Source of the DNA: Eledone cirrhosa
Taxonomy: Eukaryota
Assembly: GCA_964016885.1 (NCBI GenBank)
Contig: OZ024761.1
Location: 9,486,001-9,550,000, forward strand
Direction of reading: 5' to 3'
Length of the DNA: 64,000 nucleotides
Part shown: positions 1-14,492 of the stretch, piece after piece
How the letters are laid out: every line of letters starts with the position of its first letter
Position numbering within the stretch: the first letter of the stretch is position 1
Position numbers and translations under genes: made by a program
Notes under the pieces: model-generated
Told to the model about the DNA's origin: nothing
Database searches by the model: none
The model's input: only the letters and a program-made list of their open reading frames with translations

Positions 1-29
1 ATATAAATATATTTATAAATTTATATATA

Positions 30-99
<70 letters not shown>

Positions 100-151
100 A
101 ATATATATATATATATATTTATATATAAATATATTTATAAATTTATATATA

Positions 152-201
<50 letters not shown>

Positions 202-202
202 A

Positions 203-304
<102 letters not shown>

Positions 305-380
305 TTATATATACTTATATATATATATATACATTTATATATATATTTATATATATATTTATATATATAAATATATATAT

Positions 381-517
381 AGCTTTCACCGTATTTTTGA
401 CTAAAGAAATTTTAGTCTGATAATGGGGTTTAGAACCCTCAGATAAATGGAAAAAGATGAGTATTGACAAAATACGGTGAAAGCTATTCTATTTTCTAAT
501 TTCAAACCTGCTCACTG
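381..517. mobile_element. Foldback short element family A (other copies at 14848-14991, 16280-16470, 26561-26816)
   Basis: agctttcaccgtatttt (381) is inverted at aaaatacggtgaaagct (~469-485). The core ...cctgata(a/g)tggggtt..gaaccctc...gaaaaagatgagtattgac recurs in 4 places, each next to (TA)n. Confidence 0.7.
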
Positions 518-608
518 TGTATGTATGTATGTATGTATGTATGTATGTATGTATGTATGTATGTATGTATGTATGTATGTATGTATGTATGTATATGTAT
601 ATATATAT

Positions 609-1218
609 GTCAGGTCACCAGTTGGTGCTACTTGCAACATGTATCCCAGTACAACCTGTCTCATGGTCGGGTCGTTGGCGACTAAACTGGCAACCCCACC
701 AAGGTTTCTTGGTGAGGAGGGTGACTTTGGACATCCTGCAGGACTAAAAACAAAACCTGTCAAAGGGCAAAGGAGCTCTTAAGAGTCAATGACCATCCAA
801 AATCACCGGGAGAGATGACCCCTTAGCCTTTGTCAAGGCAGAATTCTAGGAGAAGGAAAACTCTGATATAACACCTGCAACTCTGATGGTATCCAATGAT
901 GTTGACTTGTTCTTCTTTTCGGTAAATATCATCTTGGTTAAGAGAGTGGGACTGGCTTTGTGCAGTGCCTTTGCTCACTATAAAAGCTTCACGGCACAGG
1001 CATTGCTTTATATCTGGAGATCTCTCTGTACTTGTCGTCACATGGTACCATGAGCCCAGCACTGTGTGTCAATAATTGTCACAAGTGTAGTGTTTGTACC
1101 AGAGTTTTCAAGTCGCTGGCTGGACTAAAAAGTCACACTCGTTCAGCGCATCGGTGGGAGTTCTCCTACATGGATATAAAGTAGTGGCCGTACTCGAAAA
1201 CGAGTTGGCAGCCACCAC
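609..1218 (+). mobile_element. Internally deleted, non-autonomous RTE-clade LINE derivative (5' UTR-like part plus 3' end)
   Basis: 1086-1151 encodes CSVCTRVFKSLAGLKSHTRSAH (C2H2 finger typical of RTE ORF C-termini). An IWRSLC remnant lies upstream and a (TATG)n tail follows. A near-identical inverted copy is at 25363-25971. Confidence 0.7.
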
Positions 1219-1744
1219 GTATGTATCTATGTATGTATGTATGTATGTATGTATGTATGTATGTATGTATGTATGTATGTATGTATGTATTAGTGTATAT
1301 GCATATATAGTTTATATATCCGTTTGTTCGTGTTTATTTGGGTGTGAAGTATAGATTACCAATTATATATAATTTCCTGTATCTTACAATATTTAGAACG
1401 AGATTACCCACGCTTGTCATGGAAAAAGAAAAAAAACAAGAATTTGCTCTGAGGTAGCGAGCATCAATACAAGTCGTATGGCCAGAAATATACGGCGTAT
1501 ATAACATGCTAGCGAGAGCGGCGTTTCATACGTTCGGATGCTCGTGATAGTTGTAACGTTCTGGTCATTCTTAGATGTATGTCAATTATAGGGATTTGTC
1601 CTTTCATACATGCATCACTAATTATAGCGCTCTGCCCTTTCATACATACATCTCTAATTATATAGCATTGTGATTGTGGCACTCATTGTTTAAAATTCTC
1701 AATAATATCCGACCTCCACCTATTACGATAACAGCAACATCAAT

Positions 1745-1791
<47 letters not shown>

Positions 1792-1891
1792 GATGAAGAA
1801 AAACATGCTCCTCATATCTTATTTACAAACGATATCTTGAAACCGCAAGAGCTCAGCCGTCGGGTCTCAACACTTTATAATATATATATAT

Positions 1892-2087
1892 AGTTTTAAT
1901 ATTGATGAGATTCTACAGGACTAGAAATGTTTCATTCTTTAGAAATCATCAGGAATCCTGATGATTTCTAAAAAATGAAACAGTTCTAGTCCTGTAGAAT
2001 CTCATCTATATTAAAACTTTTATACTCTGCTATGTATTGAGTACCTTACTTACTGTGGTTACTTCCGATTCAACCCGGAATAACTTA

Positions 2088-2090
<3 letters not shown>
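1892..2090. mobile_element. Hammerhead-bearing foldback element family B
   Basis: Inverted arms ~1892-1954 and ~1955-2018 plus a ~70 bp tail, flanked by (TA)n. A second copy is at 46660-46880. Confidence 0.75.
1909..1957 (-). ncRNA. Type I hammerhead ribozyme motif (family B)
   Basis: Minus strand: gattc CTGATGA tttctaaagaat GAAA cat..ctg TA gaatc. A + strand mirror core (ctgatga...gaaacag) begins at 1958. Confidence 0.6.
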
Positions 2091-2137
<47 letters not shown>

Positions 2138-2214
2138 CCCGTTTAGAATTGATCTCATACGGGCTCTCTTACGAGTATGTCATATTACATTTTAAACATC
2201 TAATATTTTATTTT

Positions 2215-2540
2215 ATCTCGGCGAGATTTGATCTCAAGTAAGAACAAGCCACAACAATTACCACATCATAAGAACCTTCTAAAGCTAAAAATTAAATCTC
2301 GCCTCGGCGAGATTTTATATCAAATTAGAACAAGCCAGAACAAATACCACATCATAAGAACCTTCTAAGGCGGAGAAGTAAATCTCGCCTCGGCGAGATT
2401 TGAACTCAAGTAGGAACGAGATAGAAGTAATACCACATCATAAGAAACTTCTAAAGCTAAAAAGCAAATCTCGCCTCGGCGAGATTTGAACTCAGATGGC
2501 ACCGAGTCTGAACAACTACGATCTCATCAAAGATCTTCTG
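2215..2540 (-). repeat. ~86 bp tandem repeat, 4 units, derived from the SINE head
   Basis: Repeated atctcgcctcggcgagatttgaactca...ataccacatcataagaaccttctaa. It contains the reverse complement of the SINE B-box segment tgagttcaaat. Confidence 0.7.
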
Positions 2541-2698
2541 AAATACAGCCTCCTCAACTTCCAATAAAAGTATCACGTCAAAATATGAAAGATGCTCTTA
2601 CATGGAGTGGTTAATATATTTATATATATATATATATGTGCGTATATGTGTGTGAATGTATGTATGCATAAATATAAATATATATATATATGTGTATG

Positions 2699-2759
<61 letters not shown>

Positions 2760-2872
2760 ATAAATATAAAATCAGCGAGTTTCGTATTTCGGGTGGTAGA
2801 ATAAGATATATATGTGTGTGTGTGTGTATATATATACATATACATAAATTAATATGTATGTATATATGTATG

Positions 2873-2941
<69 letters not shown>

Positions 2942-3115
2942 GTGAGGTTAATATGTATATATTACATGGTGATATGTAGGAACAACGCGTGAATGTCCAA
3001 ATGGAATAAAACGGGGAAAAATAAAACGACTAAGGTTTTGTTCTTCAGAAATACCAGCAGAGTATAACTTAATAATATGGCAGACAGATATTGTGAGCAA
3101 ATATATAAGACACCA

Positions 3116-3203
<88 letters not shown>

Positions 3204-3223
3204 GGTGCCTTATTTCATTGCTC

Positions 3224-3276
<53 letters not shown>

Positions 3277-3304
3277 CTATATATGGTGTCTTATTTCATT
3301 GCTC

Positions 3305-3342
<38 letters not shown>

Positions 3343-3484
3343 CGTACGTATTTACATACGTACGTACGTATTTACATACGTATGTATGTAAATACGTACG
3401 TACGTATGTATGTATAGGTTCATAGATATACAAACACATACATATAATTCTAGTTGAATACATACATATATAAATGGTTATGTA

Positions 3485-3527
<43 letters not shown>

Positions 3528-3654
3528 TATATGTAATAGGTAAACAGAAATAAGATAGGCAAAATAATTACACACATGCACACACAAACATATACACATG
3601 TACACATTCATACATTCACACATGTATGTGTATAGAGAGAGACAGACAGATAAG

Positions 3655-3695
<41 letters not shown>

Positions 3696-3718
3696 TGAAT
3701 GGCAGAGAGCGAATGAGA

Positions 3719-3855
<137 letters not shown>

Positions 3856-3943
3856 TAGATAGATAGAGAGCGAGATAGAGGATAGATAAATACATACATA
3901 CGTATATCTATATATAAAGATATAAAGATATATAAAATACAAA

Positions 3944-4000
<57 letters not shown>

Positions 4001-4119
4001 CAGAGAGAGAGAGAGATGGATAGATAGATAAAGTTTGACACTGAAAGATAAAAAAGAAATAAGAAAGAGACTGAATATAAACACGTTGAAATAGTCTTTG
4101 CAGTTGGCAATATAAATAA

Positions 4120-4138
4120 TATATATATAATGTATATA

Positions 4139-4185
<47 letters not shown>

Positions 4186-4200
4186 AATATAATGTATATA

Positions 4201-4243
<43 letters not shown>

Positions 4244-4249
4244 AATATA

Positions 4250-4313
<64 letters not shown>

Positions 4314-4459
4314 AATATAACGTATATATATATATATATATGAATATATATATATATAATATAAATATAATGTATATATATATATATAATATAAATATAA
4401 TGTATATATATATATAATATAAATATAATGTATATATATATATATATAATATAAATATA

Positions 4460-4529
<70 letters not shown>

Positions 4530-4615
4530 AATATAATGTATATATATATATAATATAAATATAATGTATATATATATATACACATTATATTTATATTATA
4601 TATATATATAATGTA

Positions 4616-4685
<70 letters not shown>

Positions 4686-4688
4686 TAA

Positions 4689-4758
<70 letters not shown>

Positions 4759-4836
4759 TAATGTATATATATATATATATATATATTATATAAATACAAT
4801 GTATATATATATATATATATATATTATATAAATACA

Positions 4837-4900
<64 letters not shown>

Positions 4901-4906
4901 TATATT

Positions 4907-4965
<59 letters not shown>

Positions 4966-5005
4966 TAATGTATATATATATATATATATATATTATATAA
5001 ATACA

Positions 5006-5062
<57 letters not shown>

Positions 5063-5070
5063 TATATATA
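4120..5070. repeat. (TA)n microsatellite array with AAT/AAAT interruptions
   Basis: Direct reading. Confidence 0.95.
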
Positions 5071-5418
5071 TTAACTGACGGTAACAGGAGACGTCTTTGA
5101 ATGAGTAAAATAAGTAATCTTATTGATAAAAATCAATAAGATTACTCGGATGCCAATTAATAAAGGAAGTTTACGATACAACATAAAGCGGCTTTTTATG
5201 CTATTCCAGTGGAGAATAGAGTATGTTATGAGTTCTTAAAAAGCAACATGGCGAAAGAGAACTGTAAAAATCTGACTCACATGCTTAGCTCTCAACGTCC
5301 CTTGGCAGAATTTCAAATATTTTCAAATACTTTCCATAGATGCTTTATTCTTCCCCTATAAAATAAAATAAGAGTAGGATATAGTATATTATATTATATG
5401 ATTGTGACTCTCGTGTAG

Positions 5419-5508
<90 letters not shown>

Positions 5509-5520
5509 TATGTATATATA

Positions 5521-5581
<61 letters not shown>

Positions 5582-5692
5582 ATATAATAAATAAATATAT
5601 AAATACGTGTGTATGTATGTGTTTCTGTGTGTTTTGTGTTTGTTTTTACAATATATATATATATATATTCATATATATTCACTTATGAATAC

Positions 5693-5723
<31 letters not shown>

Positions 5724-5743
5724 AACATATTTATATATAGACA

Positions 5744-5775
<32 letters not shown>

Positions 5776-5824
5776 CATATATATATATATGAATATATAT
5801 ATATATATAAATACATATATATGT

Positions 5825-5872
<48 letters not shown>

Positions 5873-6159
5873 ACACATATATATATGAATATATATATAT
5901 ATACATATATATGTACATATATATATATATATATATAAATGTACATATATATATACATATATATATGATATATATATATGTATATATATATACACATATA
6001 TATGTATATATATATATACATACACATATATATATAAATACCTACATATATGTATATATATACATACATATATAAATACATACATATATATATATACATA
6101 CATATATATATATAATATACACACACACACACATATATATAATATACACACACACACAC

Positions 6160-6217
<58 letters not shown>

Positions 6218-6225
6218 CATACATT

Positions 6226-6271
<46 letters not shown>

Positions 6272-7044
6272 CACATTTAACAGGTGATTGCGAAATGCGT
6301 CATTGCTAGTTTTAATATCAGTCGATATAAAACGACCGCCATTCACAGACGTCTAAACCAAAAAAATAAGAAGATAAAATCTTTAAATTAAAGACAAAAA
6401 AAATGTTTAAACCAATACTACAGCCATAAAAAATATTTAAACAAACGCTTAAACATAAAAAAAGATTTTTTAGATTTTATAAGTAAAACAAAATATAATT
6501 TTCATTTAAATATAGACAGCAAATGTGGGAAGTCATTTCAAATTGGTTCGCTGATAAGTCATGAAATATCTTATCTCTTAGAATATTCTTAAATTTTCTT
6601 GTCTGAAGACCGTTTCTTAATGCAATTAGCAGCAACTAATAGAATTATGAGATCGAAATTTGACACAAAAGATGAAACATGAGAGAAGAAAGAAAAATAA
6701 AGAACATAACGAAAATGGTGGAACTAAATCGTAAATGGTGAAAATAATTAAGCCGGCTTAAGTTAAGAGCTTTGTTTCTTCGCGATATTAGAAATTTACG
6801 TAGCTATCTCAAATATGGCTTTTACACATACACACACACGCACACACATATATATATATATATGTATATATATCTCTATATATATATATATATATACACA
6901 CACACATATATATATATATATATGATATAAATGAATATTAAATATATTTATATATAATGTAAATACACCCATCCACACCCATATATATATGATATAAATA
7001 AAAAAAATATTAAATATATATATTTATATATAATATAAATACAG

Positions 7045-7078
<34 letters not shown>

Positions 7079-7408
7079 GATATAAATAAAAAAAATTATA
7101 TATATTTATATATGATATAAATATATATATATACACACTCACACCTATATATATGGTATAAATAAAAATTATTAGATATTTGTATATATAATATCTATAT
7201 ATATATATACATACTAACACACACACATATATATATATATATATATTGTATAAATAAAAAAATATTAGATATATTTATATATGATATAAACACATATATA
7301 CACTCACACACACACACACACACATATATAAATATATGGTATAAATAAAAAAATATATATATATTTATATATGATATAAATACAGATACACACACACACA
7401 TATATATA

Positions 7409-7792
7409 TCTTTATATATATAACAGCGAGGATGTGTGTGTGTCTGTGTACAAATTTGCATACTTAAGGCTTTTACAATTACCAACTGAATTTGACCAGA
7501 TTTTCTGTTCACGTTGCACAGGTCGCTAAGATTATCACGTCACAAACATTTTTCAAATCGACCCACGTTGAGCAATAAAAAATCGATATCAAAATTATCG
7601 GTAGCAAAATTGCTGTAAGGGAGATAAAAAACTTTATTGACAATCCTTATAAAAAAAGGGAGATAACCAACTTTATTGACAGAAATATAAACATCAGAAT
7701 CATTTGATGATAAATCACTAATATTATCGTTTGTTTCTTGTTTATTCTTTGTTGCATTTCAAACCCCGGGCAACGCCGGGTAAATCTGCTAG
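7409..7792 (+). mobile_element. Non-autonomous Helitron
   Basis: 5' TC after A; 3' hairpin cccgggcaacgccggg followed by ...CTAG before T; (GT)n near the 5' end. These are canonical Helitron termini at an AT target. Confidence 0.75.
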
Positions 7793-7920
7793 TATGATAT
7801 AAAAAATAATGTTAAATATATTTATATATGATATAAATATATATATACCCAACCACACACATATATATATATATATACAATATATTAATAAATGGAAACT
7901 ATATTTAGAAAACCATATTT

Positions 7921-7984
7921 ATTTTATTATATATATTTCAAGGGCGTCCAAGGTAAATTATGGTGCGCTTTCATCAGATAAAAT
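7921..7984 (-). ncRNA. Type I hammerhead ribozyme motif (family F)
   Basis: Minus strand: attttat CTGATGA aagcgcacca..tggacgccctt GAAA tatata TA ataaaat. Confidence 0.65.
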
Positions 7985-8489
7985 ACAGATTTGTTTTATA
8001 AATAAATATTGACATACCCGGAAAAAAAGACAACATCAACGGTTGAAATTCGATGGTATAAACAAAAATATTAGATATATTTTTATATAATATAAATATA
8101 TAAATCATATAAAAGTAAATAATATAAATATATAAAGAAAAAATATATATTATATAAATATAAACACTATGAATTATATAGATTTAAGATCGAGGATGAG
8201 ATGAGGCAGGAACGAGTAAAAGGTTGGAGTAAAAATAAACACTTGTGTATAGAATAGGTTAATTACATATTTGGCGGATCAATTGAACTGCTTCAGTTCC
8301 TCTGCACACTGTAGCATTTCCATTACTCCATATTTACTATTATATGTTTGACAGTAAACGTTTTACCTCACATAATTATCACATAATATTGAATCTATGA
8401 GATTTTGATGTTATGTATGAGCAGCTGCTAAATTTTGAACAAAACTTGACTAAATTTTCAACAAAAATTGGCTAAATTTTCACCTCTCA

Positions 8490-9010
8490 ACCACCCACCT
8501 GAGCCCTCAATTCTCCTCCTATCTCTTCCTCCATCTCTCCCCACCCCACCCAGCCCTCAATTCTCCCCCTATCTCTTCCTCCATCTCTCCCCACCCCATC
8601 CCAGCCCTCTCTTATCCCCCTATCTCTTCCTCCATCTCTCCCCACCTCTCCCAGCCCTCTCTTCTCCCCCTATCTCTTCCTCCACCTCTCCCCACCCCAC
8701 CCGAGCCTTCAATTCTCCTCCTATCTCTCCCCACCCCATCCCAGCCCTCTCTTCTCCCCCTATCTCTTCCTCCATCTCACCCCACCCCATCCCAGCCCTC
8801 TCTTCTCCCCCTATCTCTTCCTCCATCTCTCCCCACCCCTCCCGAGCCCTCAATTCTCCTCCTATCTCTTCCTCCATCTCTCTCCACCCCTCCCAGCCCT
8901 CTCTTCTCCCCCTATCTCTTCCTCCATCTCACCCCAGCCTCACCACACCCCAGCCCTCTCTTCTCCCCCTATCTCTTCTTCCATCTCACCCCAGCCCCAC
9001 TACACCCCGG
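8490..9010. repeat. CT-rich minisatellite (~48 bp unit)
   Basis: Repeats of ccccaccccatcccagccctctcttctccccctatctcttcctccatctct. Confidence 0.85.
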
Positions 9011-9254
9011 CCCTCACTCCGTACCTTCCTCATTATCAATTGCTCATTAGCATTTTTGATTAAATCCTTTGATTAAACGACTATTTTTTAACAGTATTTT
9101 TAGTATTCTCCTCAGCTTCGCCCTTCTGCCCTGCTTTGTGGGGTTCTCTGTGAAGTGGCAGATAATTACATTCAACAAGAGTAAGAACAAATCTGTGGAG
9201 TGAATCACTGGGGTTCGGGGCTTGTTGTAGGTTGGTGGAGGGCTGCAGATCTTG

Positions 9255-9680
9255 AGGAGGAGGGGGAGCAGGCTGAGGTGATGAGGAGGAGGAGGAAGGG
9301 GGAAGGATGGGGAGGGAAGGAGGATGGGAAAGGGGAGAGGAGAGGGGATGGAAGGAGGATGGGAGGATGCATAGGTGGTGGGGGAAGGGAAGGGTGGGGG
9401 AGAATGATGGGGTGAGAAAGTGGTGGGGTGAGGAGGAGGAGAAGGGGGAGGGTGAGGAGGGGAAGATGAGGGGGAGGGGAAAGAGAAGGAAAAGGAGGAG
9501 GAAGATGAGAAGAAGGAAGAGGGGAAGAGGAGGAAGAAGAGGAAGGTGAGGAAGAGGAAGTGGAGAAGTAGAAGGGGAAGAAGAGGTGAAGAAGGAGGAG
9601 GAAAAGGAGGAGGAGGAAGAGGAGAAAGAGGGACAGGAAGGAGAGGTGGAGGAGGAAGTGGAAGTAGAAAGGGGCGAGAA
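9255..9680. repeat. Purine-rich (GGA/GAA) low-complexity tract
   Basis: Direct reading. Confidence 0.85.
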
Positions 9681-9928
9681 GTAAACGGAAAACAACACAG
9701 CAAACAATACTGTACAATGAATATTAATGGTTTCTGATTTAGACAGAAGACCAATAATGTTTGGGGAAGGGGAAAATCGATTAAATCGACCCAAGTTCAT
9801 TACGTAAAGGGACGTAAAGGGACGTAACTCTCTGCTACAAAGCATGGTGTCCGACACTCTACCGATTACTGACCTAATTAATAGAATCAACATTAAACAA
9901 TCGTAATTCATTTTATTCACAAATTTTG

Positions 9929-10144
9929 TCGATCGACTTTCGTCAAATCGGACCGAGGAAACAATGTTTCCGTTGGTCTTTCCAGTTACTTATACTATCT
10001 ATCGGTCGCAACTCCAGGTAGAAGGAGCAACGTGAAATAAAGTGCCTTGCTCAAGGACATAACACATCGCCTGGTCCAGGAATCGAACTCACAACCTCAA
10101 GATGGCGAATCCAGTCCTCTGACCACTCAGCCACACGCCTTCAC
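9929..10144 (-). mobile_element. tRNA-derived SINE family 2 (CORE-like central segment)
   Basis: Reverse complement of gtgaaggcgtgtggctgagtggt...gagttcgattcc...gtccttgagcaaggcacttt. It has A/B boxes; copies at 43992-44210 and 46413-46631. Confidence 0.8.
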
Positions 10145-10179
10145 TAAGTTGGCTTAAAAAATCGTTGATAATTACATAA

Positions 10180-10465
10180 AGATAAAAGGCAAAGTTAACC
10201 ACGGCGGGATTTGAACTCAGGACATAAAGGGCCATAACACTATGCCGTAAAGCATAATGTCCGATGCTCTACCTACTGTTTAATAATTGTTTCTACTGTT
10301 AGCACAAGGTCAGCAATTACCCCAGTACACTGCTGGTACTTTATTTTATCGACCACATAAGGATGAAAGGCAAAGTTACCCGCGGCGGGATTTGAACCCA
10401 AGACGTAAAGGGCCATAACATTATGGTGCCTGCAAATTATACCGCCCGACGCTCTACCGATTGTT
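10180..10465 (-). mobile_element. Two adjacent divergent copies of tRNA-derived SINE family 1
   Basis: ggcgggatttgaactcag and ggatgaaaggcaaagtt motifs shared with the 21559 copy. Confidence 0.7.
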
Positions 10466-10580
10466 TAACAATGGTGAATCATTGAGTTGATTGTGATAGT
10501 TGTGTAATCGGATGTGGGATAGATAAATATTTATCCTGTAATGTCATCACTATTAGAAGAAACAAACCCAGGGAGGGTTA

Positions 10581-11320
10581 ATGTTGGTGGTGTTGGTGGT
10601 GTTGTTGTTGGAGGTGGTGTTGTTGTTGTTGTTGGAGGTGGTGGTGGTGTTGTTGTTGTTGGAGGTGGTGGTGGTGTTGTTGTTGGTGGTGTTGGTGTTG
10701 TTGTTGTTGTTGTTGGAGGTGGTGTTGTTGGTGTTGTTGTTGGAGGTGGTGTTGTTGGTGTTGTTGTTGATGGTGTTGGTGTTGTTGTTGTTGGAGGTGG
10801 TCTTGTTGTTGTTGTTGATGATGGTGTTGTTGGTGGTGGAGGTGCTGTTGGTGATGGTGTTGGTGTTGTTGTTGTTGGAGGCGGTGTTGTTGTTGTTGTT
10901 GGAGGTGGTGTTGTTGTTGTTGTTGGAGGTGGTGTTGTTGGTGTTGTTGTTGATGGTGTTGGTGTTGTTGTTGTTGGAGGTGGTCTTGTTGTTGTTGTTC
11001 AGGAGGTGGTGTTGTTGTTGTTGTTGGAGGTGGTGTTGTTGTTGTTGTTGTTGTTGTTGGAGGTGGTGTTGTTGGTGTTGTTGGAGGTGGTGGTGTTGTT
11101 GTTGTTGGAGGAGGTGTTGTTGGTGTTGTTGGAGGTGGTGGTGTTGTTGTTGTTGTTGGAGGTGGTGTTGTTGGTGTTGTTGGAGGTGGTGGTGTTGTTG
11201 TTGTTGGAGGAGGTGTTGTTGGTGTTGTTGGAGGTGGTGTTGTTGTTGTTGTTGTTGGAGGTGTTGTTGTTGTTGTTGTTGGAGGTGGTCTTGTTGTTGT
11301 TGGTGGTGGAGGTGGTGTTG
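10581..11320. repeat. (GTT/GGT/GGA)n trinucleotide-based repeat
   Basis: Direct reading. The poly-V/G and poly-L ORFs are by-products of the repeat. Confidence 0.9.
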
Positions 11321-11391
11321 TAAAAGTTCAATGAAATATTTTCTCGTTTTTTTCCATTATATATATACACACACACACATATATATGTATA

Positions 11392-11433
<42 letters not shown>

Positions 11434-11517
11434 ATGTATAATATATATATATATACACACACACACAGATATGTATAATATATATATATATATACACAGA
11501 TATGTATAATATATATG

Positions 11518-11551
<34 letters not shown>

Positions 11552-11559
11552 GAGATATG

Positions 11560-11608
<49 letters not shown>

Positions 11609-11649
11609 TTCAGATACGTATATTATATACATATATATACATATATATA

Positions 11650-11747
<98 letters not shown>

Positions 11748-11996
11748 TATATGTATAATATATACATATATAAGGTGGGTTGATATGTAATTCTGTGTTG
11801 TGAAGTCTCGAGTGTCAACAGAGATTGTCGCGAATGACTGATTTTTCCTCGAGAGATGAAACCATTGACACAGTCTCCTGTAGCTAAGAAGGGGAGATAA
11901 TTATTTTAGGACACCATGCCGATCAGGTGTGTATCAAGTTTAATGGCAGTACCGTTTCAGCCAATATATATATATAAATATATATATATATGTCTT

Positions 11997-12032
<36 letters not shown>

Positions 12033-12095
12033 TGTCTTTTTATATATATATATATATATATGTCTTTTTATATATATATATATATGTCTTTATAT

Positions 12096-12129
<34 letters not shown>

Positions 12130-12191
12130 GTCTTTTTATATATATATATATATATATGTCTTTTTATATATATATATATATGTCTTTATAT

Positions 12192-12227
<36 letters not shown>

Positions 12228-12310
12228 GTCTTTATATATATATATATATATATGTCTTTATATATATATATATGTGTATATAAATATATATACGTATATA
12301 TATATATGTT

Positions 12311-12362
<52 letters not shown>

Positions 12363-12431
12363 TATATACATATATATACATGTCTTGATATATATATATA
12401 TATAAATATATATGCATATATATATATATAA

Positions 12432-12489
<58 letters not shown>

Positions 12490-12649
12490 GGATGTAAATA
12501 TGAATGTATGTATGTATGTGTATATAAATATATATATATATACATATATATGTGTGTGTGAGTGTGTGTACATATCTATACATACGAAGCCACACATGAG
12601 TCGTTAAATTGTTTTCAAACATATCATTTTTCTGCTAGTGTATATATAA

Positions 12650-12692
<43 letters not shown>

Positions 12693-12845
12693 CATATATA
12701 TGGATATATATGTACATATATATATGTATATACATACAAATATATACACATACAAATATGTGTATATATATATATATATATATGTGTATATATATATATA
12801 TACATACATATATATGTATATGTATATATATATATACACACATAC

Positions 12846-12879
<34 letters not shown>

Positions 12880-12900
12880 ACATATGTATATATATATATG

Positions 12901-12935
<35 letters not shown>

Positions 12936-12943
12936 GTATACAC

Positions 12944-12995
<52 letters not shown>

Positions 12996-13175
12996 ATATA
13001 TATGTATGTGTGTGTATATTTCAACAGTCACGGTTATTGACCTAAAACTATATACACATTAAACACATTTCTGTTGTTGATGTTGTTGTTACTGATAATC
13101 CATTTGCACGGATTTTCAACATGAACGACAACACCACCACCGCCACCAACAACAACAACAACACCACCACCACCG

Positions 13176-13524
13176 TTCTTTGGAGATACGAAATATTTAT
13201 ACAAATTTTATAAAGCTATGCTTGAAGCGAAATCCTATTTCTTTTTTTATTATAAGTTGAGCCAACTTATGCAGCTTCATATGCAAATGAGATTAATCAC
13301 CTCATTTACACAAACGAGAAAACTATATATTCTCGCCTGTCTTCTAGTCCAGCAGTCGCAAGCCGTGGGAGGGACCGTCCTGACGATGGCCAGTTAAGCC
13401 AGAAAGACGGTTGTCCCCCTTGCTTCTGCTGGACATCACTAAAGGGCGTTAGGCCTCCGGTGTTTGCATGGCTACGGCTTCCTAAAACCGTATTTCTTTG
13501 GAGATACGAAATATTTATACAAAT
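13176..13524 (+). mobile_element. ~318 bp monomer with 31 bp terminal direct repeat and hammerhead-like core (retrozyme-like)
   Basis: ttctttggagatacgaaatatttatacaaat occurs at 13176 and 13494. Inside: accgtc CTGACGA tggc..gcca GAAA gacggt within a long stem (13347-13434). Confidence 0.55.
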
Positions 13525-13662
13525 ATATATATATATATACATGGAAAGTTATATTTAAATTGTTGGGTTACAACTAGTAAATATTTATAACTGATATAAA
13601 AGCACTCGACAAGTATTTGGAGTATATTTACAATATTAAATAAATGGAAACTATATAATTGA

Positions 13663-14065
13663 ATATATGAGAGGGATGAACACCGATACATGTGTTCCAA
13701 CTGCAAATGACCAAGTTAGCTCGGCTGAAAAAATACTAATTTAAAACAATATGGTTTGCCTGACTCAATTTAAAGTAATAAATCAATAAAAATAACAAAC
13801 CTATATCGGGCAATAGCCCTGAAGACCCGCAGATGAGCACAGGAAATCTAGCTTTCACTTAATAATTCTTGCGAACAGATTTTGGGTCTGTCCGGATATC
13901 AAAGGCAGTTGCCCGATATAGGTTTATTATTTTTATTGATTTATTACTTTAAATCGAGTCAGGCAAACCATATTGTTTTAAATTAGTATTTTTCAACCTA
14001 GCTAACTTGGTCATTTGCAGTTGGAACACATGTATACTTGTATTGGTGTTCATCTCTCTCATATA
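13663..14065. mobile_element. Foldback element with ~150 bp inverted arms (family C, related to the 52150-52300 and 63758-64000 elements)
   Basis: 13663-13813 is the imperfect reverse complement of 13909-14065. It shares the gagtcaggcaaacc..ttagtatttttca motif with 63890-63935. Confidence 0.7.
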
Positions 14066-14267
14066 TACAATTATATTACACGGCTCGGAAAGTTTCCGTT
14101 CTTTGAGCTATTTAATTGTAAAAGACTATTTTGAGTTTATAACTCAATCTATGATATATATATGTGTGTGTGTAAATGAAGTAATTCCGTCGGAAAAGTC
14201 CAGGAAAACAGAGTGCTCTATGTAGGTAACAGAGCTTAATAGTTATGTAATAATGTTATTACATAAC

Positions 14268-14301
<34 letters not shown>

Positions 14302-14338
14302 TTGATAGATAGATAAATCAGAACAGTAAGCATGAATT

Positions 14339-14378
<40 letters not shown>

Positions 14379-14387
14379 AATATAAAG

Positions 14388-14428
<41 letters not shown>

Positions 14429-14492
14429 TACATATACGTGTTTTGCAATGGGTCACTTTGTGGCTCAATGAAAAGTTAATAAATTAAATAAT

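Noticed and set aside
5160-5360. Short unique open frame (VENRVCYEFLK...) and similar islands at 15900-16170, 18270-18490, 49600-49900 and 59100-59750
   Set aside because: They could be exons, but frames and splice sites are ambiguous and no motif is recognisable.
8468-9920. Pro/Ser-rich and Glu/Gly-rich ORFs
   Set aside because: They arise from the CT-rich minisatellite and the GA-rich tract.
10541-11441. Val/Gly-rich and Leu-rich ORFs
   Set aside because: These come from a trinucleotide repeat with a frameshift near 11000 and have no convincing splice or domain context.
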